Shown: piece by piece, positions 57,045 to 64,000 of the stretch | How positions within the stretch are numbered: position 1 is the first letter of the stretch | Layout: every line of letters starts with the position of its first letter | Source of the DNA: Candidatus Magasanikbacteria bacterium CG11_big_fil_rev_8_21_14_0_20_39_34 | GTDB taxonomy: Bacteria > Patescibacteriota > Patescibacteriia > Magasanikbacterales > UBA922 | Length of the DNA: 64,000 nt | Assembly (NCBI GenBank): GCA_002787355.1 | Contig: PCWN01000008.1 | Span: 69,873 to 133,872 of the forward strand | Direction: 5' to 3' | Translations under genes and position numbers: made by a program | The notes under the pieces: model-generated | What the model was told of the DNA's origin: nothing | The model's database searches: none | The model's input: only the letters and a program-made list of their open reading frames with translations

Positions 57045-58028
57045 CTAAAAATGAGATTGCAGATATGTTTCCAGAGCACACCGGGCAGAAACTTCACCGG
57101 AAAGAATTGAGGAAACCATATTTGCCAATGGAACATTTTTATTTTTTTTCTTTGCAAAGGAAATTAAGGCAAATGTTGCACTCTTTCCCTCGACCACCTT
57201 CCCTACTTTTTTTAATGCCTTTTCCACAGAAAGTCCTCTTCCAAGATACTCACCAAAACATCTATTTCTACTATTATCGGAAAGTGCTGTCCCTATAAGA
57301 TCTCCAAAACCAGAAAGTCCATATACTGTTTTTCTCTTTCCTCCAAAGGCTTCTACCACACATGCCATTTCTTCCATAGCATGTGTCAAAAAGGCTGCCT
57401 TTGTATTGAGGCCATAGCCCAATCCATCACAGAGTCCCAGTGCTATTGCATACACATTCTTAAATGCACCCGCAAGTTCAACACCCACCACATCATCGCG
57501 CAAATCAAACCCCATGGTGGAAGAGGAAAATATTTCTTGTACTGTTTTTGCTGCCTTTCTTTTTTGAGAAGCCAAATCCATCTGAGTATAATATCCTTTC
57601 ATAATGTCCAAAGCTACCGCCGGACCAGACATAACGACTAGAGGATTTTTAGGAAAAACTTTTCCCATAATGGTTGTAATGGGACGTGAAGTTTTTCCAT
57701 CCAACCCTTTTGCCATATCCACGAGTATACTTTTTTTGTCTATGAAGGGTTTACAAGACGTAAAAATGGACGCTATAACCGCCGTGGGGACGGCAAAACA
57801 AACTACCTGCGCACCCATAAGCGTAGATTCTAAACTTTTTTCAGGGATGATGCCTTTATGTAACAGAAATCCAGGAAGATATTTTTTATTTTCTCGCCAC
57901 TTGTCAATTTGTCTTAGCGGTGTCAGATCACCTTCCCAATTCCAAAGAAAAACATTATGGTTGTTTCTTGCGGCTACCTCTGCCATGGTCGTCCCCATGG
58001 CACCAGCTCCCAAAATTGCTATCTTCAT
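57045..58028 (-). CDS. gpsA: NAD(P)H-dependent glycerol-3-phosphate dehydrogenase
   Basis: N-terminal Rossmann motif MKIAILGAGAMGT, conserved catalytic region and C-terminal domain. Confidence 0.9.
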   Translation of the reverse strand: MKIAILGAGAMGTTMAEVAARNNHNVFLWNWEGDLTPLRQIDKWRENKKYLPGFLLHKGIIPEKSLESTLMGAQVVCFAVPTAVIASIFTSCKPFIDKKSILVDMAKGLDGKTSRPITTIMGKVFPKNPLVVMSGPAVALDIMKGYYTQMDLASQKRKAAKTVQEIFSSSTMGFDLRDDVVGVELAGAFKNVYAIALGLCDGLGYGLNTKAAFLTHAMEEMACVVEAFGGKRKTVYGLSGFGDLIGTALSDNSRNRCFGEYLGRGLSVEKALKKVGKVVEGKSATFALISFAKKKNKNVPLANMVSSILSGEVSARCALETYLQSHF

Positions 58029-58834
58029 AAAAAAAGAAGAATAAGAATACCTATAAGTATACGATAGACGGCAAAGGGTTTAAAACTCCACTTTTGAATC
58101 ATTTTCAACAAAAAGCCTATAGCAAAAAATCCACTCACAGCAGAAGCAATAAAACCAATAAACATACTCATAAAGTTTAACTCCAAAGCATGAATGTTCT
58201 TAAAAAGTTCCAATATTTTTAATCCTCCCGCCAAAAATATAATTGGAACACTCATCAGAAAAGAGAATTCTGCTGCATCTTTTTTTGATAATTTACTCAA
58301 AAGCCCTGCAGTCATAGTAACTCCAGAACGAGAAGTCCCCGGTATAAGAGCAAGAGCCTGTGCACAAGCAATAGAAATAACTCTTTTCCAGGTAAGATCT
58401 GTATGATTTTTATTTCGTTCCGAAAATTCATCTGCAAACCACAGAACAATACCCCAAAAAATGAGAGAAAGAGCAACAAGATGCGTAGAACGTAAATGCT
58501 CCTCTACCATATCACCCAAAAGCAACCCTACCAACCCCGCAGGAATAATAGACAAAAACAAAAACCACCCCATCCGTCCGTCGTCGCTTTCCTTAAACTT
58601 TTGTTGCCAATTTTTTTTCTTTAAAAGTTCAATAATAATTGACCACAATTTTTTTCGAAAATAGACGACCACAGCGACCAACGTACCAAGGTGTAAAACA
58701 ACATCAAAGGTAATCCCCTGATCCCCCCAACCAAATAGGTGAGGAAAAAAAATAAGATGCCCCGAAGATGAAACGGGCAAAAATTCCGTAAGACCCTGAA
58801 CCACTCCAAGCGTAACTGCCTGTAAAATCCCCAT
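58025..58834 (-). CDS. uppP: undecaprenyl-diphosphatase
   Basis: MGILQAVTLGVVQGLTEFLPVSSSGHL…, eight TM segments and the …PGTSRSG… motif. Confidence 0.9.
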   Translation of the reverse strand: MGILQAVTLGVVQGLTEFLPVSSSGHLIFFPHLFGWGDQGITFDVVLHLGTLVAVVVYFRKKLWSIIIELLKKKNWQQKFKESDDGRMGWFLFLSIIPAGLVGLLLGDMVEEHLRSTHLVALSLIFWGIVLWFADEFSERNKNHTDLTWKRVISIACAQALALIPGTSRSGVTMTAGLLSKLSKKDAAEFSFLMSVPIIFLAGGLKILELFKNIHALELNFMSMFIGFIASAVSGFFAIGFLLKMIQKWSFKPFAVYRILIGILILLFL

Positions 58835-58905
58835 AAACGTTATTAAAAATAATATCTATTTCTTCCACTATTTTATCATAATAAAGCGAAATTTCAAGGA
58901 GATAC

Positions 58906-58934
58906 CTTGACTTATTCGACTATTCATGATAGAA
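58906..58934 (+). promoter_or_regulatory. near-consensus sigma-70 promoter driving the CheY-like receiver gene
   Basis: TTGACT (58906-58911), a 17-nt spacer, then TAGAAT (58929-58934). A short CGCTTC/GAAGCG hairpin and an AAGG ribosome-binding site precede the ATG at 58978. Confidence 0.5.
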
Positions 58935-58977
58935 TCCATCGCCGTGCCTTTCCGCTTCAGAAGCGAAGGGACAAGGT

Positions 58978-59349
58978 ATGAAGTCCATTCTTGTTATTGA
59001 TGACGAAGCGTTGGTGGCGCGAGCTGCCAGCCGCATCCTGAAGCTTTCGGGCTTCACGGTTATCTGCACCGACAACGGTGCAGATGGGGTGCGACTTGCG
59101 CAGGAGACGGCCTTCGGGCTCATCCTGTGTGACGTCCAGATGACCGGGATGAATGGCGTACAGGTGGTCTGCAACCTTCGGGAGGCAGGCAACAACACCC
59201 CCATCGCCTTCATCACGGGTGGCACCGGACCGCTTGCCGGCCAGGTTCATTCCTTGCTGGAGCAGGGCGCCGTGTGTGCCCTGTTGGATAAGCCGTTTGG
59301 CGTTGACTCCCTCACGGAGCTCGTCACTCGGCTTTTGTCGGAGAGATAG
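58978..59349 (+). CDS. stand-alone CheY-like response-regulator receiver domain (GC-rich, atypical codon usage)
   Basis: ILVIDDEALVARAASRILKLSGFTV…FGLILCDVQMTGMNGVQVV…PIAFITG… is the classic receiver fold (acidic pocket DD, phospho-acceptor Asp, T/S, K-like positions). The codons are GC3-rich (GCG, CTG, CGC), unlike the rest of the window. There is no output domain. Confidence 0.75.
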   Translation: MKSILVIDDEALVARAASRILKLSGFTVICTDNGADGVRLAQETAFGLILCDVQMTGMNGVQVVCNLREAGNNTPIAFITGGTGPLAGQVHSLLEQGAVCALLDKPFGVDSLTELVTRLLSER

Positions 59350-59629
59350 GAAAGACTTCACCTTTCACTCGAGCAATCGAGCAGTCCCGAGCTCTTGAGC
59401 CCGCGGTGAGCCAAACCCACGCATAGCAGATGACTAGGAAAAAGGCATTTTCCGTCAAAATAGACGTGTAGATGTCCACAGATCCCGGTCCTACGCTGTG
59501 GCTGAGGTAAAACTACCTGGAAACGGGTGACACTACCTTGGTGGTGAGGTTATCCGGCGCACCTGGAAACAGGAGTACGGACTCAAACCCACGAAGACTG
59601 GTCAGGCACGGCGCTTGACTCAATATCAA

Positions 59630-59657
59630 AATTCTCCTTTTTCTGGAGAATTTTTTT
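59630..59657. terminator. bidirectional rho-independent terminator at the distal end of the GC-rich island, abutting the deacetylase stop codon
   Basis: AATTCTCC tttttct GGAGAATT followed by 7 T. Confidence 0.5.
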
Positions 59658-60471
59658 ATTTAATAAAAAGTTTTTCAAGGTCAGTCCTGTTGGTGATGAC
59701 TATCCTTTTCATCTCCAAAAGCTTTTCCATATTCTGATCACTTCCCGATACCAAAGTCAGGCCAACCTTGTAACCGGCATCTTGTGCCATTTTTTCTATA
59801 TTTTCATTGTACAAACCAAATGGATATGCTATGGAATATACTTCTTTTCCAAGAAGTTTTTCAATCTTCTCTTTACTCTCTACAATTTCTTTTTTGGCTT
59901 CTTCATCTGAAATACGTGTGAGATAAGCATGATACTTTGTATGTGATCCAAACTCCACAAGTCCAGATGCATTCAATTCTAAAATTTGATCATCTGTAAG
60001 CCAATTTTTAGAATGGACATGAGATTGCAAATACATGACCGACTTCATGTTATATTTTTGTAAAAGAGGAAAGGCAATCTTATAAAAATCTTCTGCACCA
60101 TCATCAAAAGTAATAACAAAAGATTTTTGAGGTAAGACTCCCCTTTTTATATAATCCAAAAGTTCTTCAAAAACAAGAGGGTGATAATCTTGGTTGTTAA
60201 GAAGTTGTAATGCTTTTTCAAAATTTTCTGAAGATACATACCACGTTTTTGTATCCTCACCGACTCCATCCGGAGGATTCCCTATGTGGTGATAAAGCAA
60301 AATAGGAAAATGGAATTCACTTTCAATTTTTTCTTCCTTTACTTGGTCTGAAATATCTACTGGTACCGCTAAAGTGCTCGAGACAATATTATCTTCAGAT
60401 GTATATTCCGTACTTCCCCGGTGTAGACAACCACAAAAAAGTAAGCAAACCAAAAAAATTTTCTTTGTCAT
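59656..60471 (-). CDS. polysaccharide deacetylase (NodB-homology) family lipoprotein
   Basis: Lipoprotein signal MTKKIFLVCLLFCGC. NodB motifs FPILLYHHIG…, ITFDDG and HSxxH-like. Confidence 0.8.
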   Translation of the reverse strand: MTKKIFLVCLLFCGCLHRGSTEYTSEDNIVSSTLAVPVDISDQVKEEKIESEFHFPILLYHHIGNPPDGVGEDTKTWYVSSENFEKALQLLNNQDYHPLVFEELLDYIKRGVLPQKSFVITFDDGAEDFYKIAFPLLQKYNMKSVMYLQSHVHSKNWLTDDQILELNASGLVEFGSHTKYHAYLTRISDEEAKKEIVESKEKIEKLLGKEVYSIAYPFGLYNENIEKMAQDAGYKVGLTLVSGSDQNMEKLLEMKRIVITNRTDLEKLFIK

Positions 60472-60479
60472 AAAAAACT

Positions 60480-61667
60480 CTATATAACAAATGTATAAAG
60501 TGTATATGCAGAAGAAATGACCATCATCAAGGCAATAGCGCTCATGAGAAGAAAGCTATGTTTCAAACCAAATCTTTTTTGTGGGATGTCTCCCTTTTGT
60601 TTTGCTCTATAATAGATCAATAAAAGCAAAAATATTTCAAGACCAATAAATACTCCACCTATGATATCTATGACTGTAATAAAGCTCCGCATTCCTAAAA
60701 GAAAAATAATAAGCGGGATACATATTATAAGCGCTGTTGAAACAAAATAGTTTAATTTAAAATCCCAATTAAAGGAATCCCGCAAAGAAATACCACTCAT
60801 AATAAAATTGGTTGCCATAGCAAGAACCGCAAAAATATTTCCCACAATAAGTATTTTACTCCCCAGAGCAGCCCCCAAACCAATGGTGGCAATTTCTGTG
60901 GTAGACGGTCCTGTCACACCAACCACGATAAAAGAAAATATCACGTAAATAAGTATGTTAAAAATCCCCGCCAAAATAATTGCTTTTTGAAAAAGCCCCT
61001 TTTTCTTCAAGAGGATGCTATGTGCTTCTGGAACCGCGGTAGTTCCATGAAAGGCAAATAAAATTACTCCAAAAGGAAGAAAAAATTGAGACAGATTACT
61101 ATATTCCAAATGAGGAATACTCACATGAGGAGAACTCATCCATACTAAAAATAGCACCACCCCTAATATAAAAAGAGTGAAAAAAAGTTCAACGGTTTTC
61201 ACAGTTCTCATCCCAATAAAAATCAATAAACTTCCAATACAAAAAAATACTAAACTCCAAAAAAATGCATCCCCCGGAAGCAATACCGCAAGCGATTGCC
61301 CAACTCCAATTACATACACAAGCAGTGTTCCCAAAAGCGTAGAATACATTACCAACGCCATCGCCCACTCTCCTCCCTTTCCCAAATACTTATTGGCAAG
61401 ACCCACTAACTGAAATTTTTCTTTGGTACAAATACTCACTTGTCCAACCAAAACGTTGAGCCCCATCATGAGTGCTCCAATACAAACAATTAAAATTACT
61501 CCAATAAAAACCCCTACCTTAGAAATCACATATGGGAGACCCAAAATTCCAGCTCCAATGGTACCACTCATGATAAGAGATATTCCATATAAAAGAGAGG
61601 TGTCCTTAAAAAAAACTCCCTGGTGGACAGCAACTTCCTCATTATGAATTCTTCTATATTTTTTCAT
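60480..61667 (-). CDS. amino-acid permease (aromatic/hydroxy amino acid transporter-like, about 11 TM)
   Basis: 395-aa polytopic protein whose N-terminal region SLIMSGTIGAGILGLPYV resembles the Trp/Tyr permease family. Confidence 0.6.
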   Translation of the reverse strand: MKKYRRIHNEEVAVHQGVFFKDTSLLYGISLIMSGTIGAGILGLPYVISKVGVFIGVILIVCIGALMMGLNVLVGQVSICTKEKFQLVGLANKYLGKGGEWAMALVMYSTLLGTLLVYVIGVGQSLAVLLPGDAFFWSLVFFCIGSLLIFIGMRTVKTVELFFTLFILGVVLFLVWMSSPHVSIPHLEYSNLSQFFLPFGVILFAFHGTTAVPEAHSILLKKKGLFQKAIILAGIFNILIYVIFSFIVVGVTGPSTTEIATIGLGAALGSKILIVGNIFAVLAMATNFIMSGISLRDSFNWDFKLNYFVSTALIICIPLIIFLLGMRSFITVIDIIGGVFIGLEIFLLLLIYYRAKQKGDIPQKRFGLKHSFLLMSAIALMMVISSAYTLYTFVI

Positions 61668-61721
61668 AGAAAACAGTACAAACGGAACTTAATTCTTCCT
61701 TCCTCCAATTCATCATACATA

Positions 61722-63062
61722 TCATGAAGAAACCATATCTTTCCTGGAAGAGAATCGAGCAATGTAATACATTCCAAAAAGTAAAATAACAACATAAACG
61801 GCATCAGAAAATTCAGGGATGCCAGCAGTCGAACTATATGTAATGGTAGCATCCAAAAGAACTGGTGTATAACTCGAGTTGAGAGTGCTCAGAAATGCCT
61901 TATATTGAAAATAAGAATTATCTGAAACATTTGAAAGGGTTTTACTTGGAGTACCGTTTTCTGCAGAAGTCAACTCACTGTAGTAGGTAGAATTAGTCCC
62001 ATCTGGTCCAATAAAACTTTCTCCAGAACATGCCGAATCATCACAACTGCGTACCTGATATTTGAGAGTGAGTGCTCCACGTTTGTAGATATCAAGCGCC
62101 TCAGTAGCCGTAAGGGCATCTGAAAAAATAGCCAATTCATCTAAACTTCCTGAAAAATAGTTTAATACATGTCCACCATATCCCGTACCAATTCCTAACT
62201 GTGTTGCTGTATTACTATAAGAATATCCGGCCTGCCCCGTGACAGTACTCCCTTCAGCACCATTCACATAAATGTATACTTCATTTGTTGAAGTATACCC
62301 CGTAAAGACCGCAACTACGTGATACCACGTATTGGTAGAAAGGGTCACATTTGACTGTTCCGAACGTATGGTATTTCCATTGCTTGCCGAGTATGCTGCA
62401 CGAAATTTAGAATTATAAATATCCACAGTCCATTCAAAATTGGCGTCTGAAGCAATTCCACCCTTTTCAAGAATTTTTTGTAAACTGGTCACATTACTTC
62501 CCGTTTTCACCCAAAAAGCAACCGATAAATTCCCTGTGGTATTTAAAGAAAGGGCATCACTATCCGAGACGGTTATTTTATCATTCCCGTCAAAACTTAC
62601 CCCCGTATTCAAGATACCCGTGGCACCAAGTGTTGCACCAGTTACTGTTCCCGTATACCCATTGGAGGAGCTGTCCACGAGATCCCCTGATGAGTCATTC
62701 ATATGGTACAACAAAATATTGTCAGTCATATCTATGTTTCCAGCAGTGTATCCGCTATCTGCCCCCTTACTATCGGGAAGTTCCTTTAAGTAGGGCTGAT
62801 AAGGAGACCATGCAAGTGTGGACCAGGTCGCAGAAGATGCAGAGAGTATGCGGGAAGTAAAATTTCCTGAACCATTTGTTAAACCAGTGGAATCAAGTTG
62901 TACTTGTTCACTGGAACACTCGGTATCACTATTGGTTCCACTTCCAAACTCCCCAGTACAACTACTGTCTGTAAAAGTGGAAGCATATACACTTACTGGA
63001 TAGATAACCAAGATAAGTATTGCCAAAAATGAAACACACCTATCAAAAAATGTCTTTCTCAT
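61722..63062 (-). CDS. secreted LamG/concanavalin-A-like lectin-fold protein with hydrophobic C-terminal anchor
   Basis: Signal peptide. Ser/Thr/Gly-rich N-terminal half. LamG-like signature (…LSVAFWVKT…WYHVVAVFTG…VYIYVNGAEG…GSLDELAIFSDALTATEALDIY). The C-terminus is …GIPEFSDAVYVVILLFGMYYIARFSSRK. Confidence 0.6.
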   Translation of the reverse strand: MRKTFFDRCVSFLAILILVIYPVSVYASTFTDSSCTGEFGSGTNSDTECSSEQVQLDSTGLTNGSGNFTSRILSASSATWSTLAWSPYQPYLKELPDSKGADSGYTAGNIDMTDNILLYHMNDSSGDLVDSSSNGYTGTVTGATLGATGILNTGVSFDGNDKITVSDSDALSLNTTGNLSVAFWVKTGSNVTSLQKILEKGGIASDANFEWTVDIYNSKFRAAYSASNGNTIRSEQSNVTLSTNTWYHVVAVFTGYTSTNEVYIYVNGAEGSTVTGQAGYSYSNTATQLGIGTGYGGHVLNYFSGSLDELAIFSDALTATEALDIYKRGALTLKYQVRSCDDSACSGESFIGPDGTNSTYYSELTSAENGTPSKTLSNVSDNSYFQYKAFLSTLNSSYTPVLLDATITYSSTAGIPEFSDAVYVVILLFGMYYIARFSSRKDMVSS

Positions 63063-63106
63063 AGTAAGTAAAATCTATTTTTCTTCTCTATTATAACAAA
63101 TTTTTA

Positions 63107-63142
63107 AAAAGTACTCAAAGAAATCATCTTTGAGTACTTTTT
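63107..63142. terminator. strong bidirectional rho-independent terminator downstream of htrA
   Basis: A perfect 15-bp stem AAAAGTACTCAAAGA / TCTTTGAGTACTTTT with loop AATCA, flanked by an A-run and a T-run. Confidence 0.7.
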
Positions 63143-63163
63143 GTTTAATCTCAGTTAGAGTAC

Positions 63164-64000
63164 TTATTCTGGTATGGCTTCCAATTTTACATCCAGTTCC
63201 TTTTCAGAACCTTTGTGAAGTATTTTGAGTTTAAGAGTGTCGCCGACATTTTTCTTTCGTAGAAGAGTAGGAAGGGAACGTGTTTCATCCAACTTCTGCC
63301 CATCAGCTTCCAAAATAATATCATTTTCCTCAAGTCCTGCCTTATCTGCTGGAGATCCTGGGACAATAGGTAACTCCGTACGATTTTCACCACGAATAAT
63401 AAGTACACCATAATCTACCGAAAGTTTGTTGGCCTCCTTGAGTTCTTTGGTGACTGGCACAAATCGTACTCCCAAGAAGGGACGCACAATTTTCCCGTCT
63501 TTTTGCACGGATTCAATTACTCCTTTTAAAAGATTTACCGGCAGGGCAAAACCAATATTTTGTGAACCATTGGCAACGGCAACATTAACCCCAATGACTT
63601 TCCCCTGAAGATCTAATAATGGACCACCGGAATTCCCTGGATTAATGGCAGCATCAGTTTGCACTACCTCATCCAACTGTTCTGAGCCTCCACGACCATC
63701 CCCTGCAACAATGGAACGAGAAAGTCCAGATACCACCCCAACAGACACACTATTTCTAAACTCTCCCAAAGCATTCCCAATAGCAATAACTGATTGTCCC
63801 AATTCAAGATGATCAGAATCATCAAATTCTAAAAATGGAAAGTCTTCTGTTCCCTCTATTTTTAAAACCGCAATATCAAGCACAGGATCACGAGCTAATA
63901 CTTTTGCCTCATACTTATCTTCACTACCATTTCCTAAAAAGACCGTATATTCCGCATTCGGGTCTTCTACAACGTGTTTGTTTGTAATAATCAAACCATC
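63164..64000 (-). CDS. htrA: HtrA/DegP-type trypsin-like serine protease with PDZ domain (5' end beyond window)
   Basis: Catalytic triad context (…ITNKHVV…, DIAVLKI, GNSGGPLLDLQGKVIGVN) and a C-terminal PDZ (…GVLIIRGENRT…GSPADKAGLEENDIIL…). The ORF is open at the window edge. Confidence 0.85.
   Translation of the reverse strand, partial: DGLIITNKHVVEDPNAEYTVFLGNGSEDKYEAKVLARDPVLDIAVLKIEGTEDFPFLEFDDSDHLELGQSVIAIGNALGEFRNSVSVGVVSGLSRSIVAGDGRGGSEQLDEVVQTDAAINPGNSGGPLLDLQGKVIGVNVAVANGSQNIGFALPVNLLKGVIESVQKDGKIVRPFLGVRFVPVTKELKEANKLSVDYGVLIIRGENRTELPIVPGSPADKAGLEENDIILEADGQKLDETRSLPTLLRKKNVGDTLKLKILHKGSEKELDVKLEAIPE

Noticed and set aside
58957-59361. Minus-strand 134-aa and 101-aa ORFs antisense to the CheY-like receiver
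   Set aside because: They are shadow ORFs of a GC-rich coding region. The plus-strand receiver has a convincing domain signature, a promoter and a ribosome-binding site.
59350-59630. The GC-rich non-coding tail might be RNase P RNA, SRP RNA, 6S RNA or a tRNA
   Set aside because: I compared it by eye to the conserved cores (RNase P GGAAAGUCCGG…, SRP domain IV GGAAG…, tRNA cloverleaf) and found no match. It is left as an unclassified candidate RNA inside the CheY island.
1-64000. CRISPR arrays, IS elements/transposases, integrases, rRNA genes
   Set aside because: I scanned for regularly spaced direct repeats, terminal inverted repeats flanking ORFs and DDE/tyrosine-recombinase motifs. None were found. 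The only repeats are the intragenic paralogous module (27979-28222 vs 30635-30878) and the 174-nt-spaced repeat in 24656..25816.

Overview
This is an AT-rich, very gene-dense bacterial chromosome segment read with the standard genetic code. It has about 60 protein genes, mostly short intergenic gaps, many overlapping starts and stops, two tRNAs and a tmRNA. Most of the content is housekeeping. It includes smpB-ssrA, infC-rpmI-rplT, rseP-pheS-pheT, lemA-htpX, a mutS homolog, cfa, a phosphoglucomutase/phosphomannomutase, clpC, radA, guaB, recG, an LCP protein, der, pth, dprA, topA, rel, the heat-shock operon hrcA-grpE-hsp20-dnaK-X-dnaJ with a CIRCE operator, yidC, maf, cca, gpsA and uppP. A partial htrA runs off the window end. 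The compact architecture, small HrcA, LCP, DprA and many secreted cell-wall enzymes suggest a reduced-genome, possibly episymbiotic (Patescibacteria/CPR-like) lineage; that is inference only. The most unusual content is: (1) a translationally coupled operon from clpC to radA that ends in two adjacent, paralogous, Cys-rich secreted peptidoglycan-hydrolase giants. One is lytic-transglycosylase-like plus SGNH esterase; the other is an alpha/beta hydrolase plus two M15 peptidase domains. Both share an internal two-helix membrane module and are preceded by a DsbA-like oxidoreductase, a beta-propeller protein and an acidic-repeat membrane protein. (2) A MutS1-type protein with a C-terminal HNH nuclease fusion. 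(3) An uncharacterised 365-aa gene inserted between dnaK and dnaJ. (4) Two small GC-rich islands with foreign codon usage, one carrying a stand-alone CheY-like receiver with its own consensus promoter plus a roughly 290-nt non-coding GC-rich tail, the other a small hydrophobic peptide next to tRNA-Asp and a frameshifted HD-domain gene. No CRISPR array, transposase or rRNA was seen.
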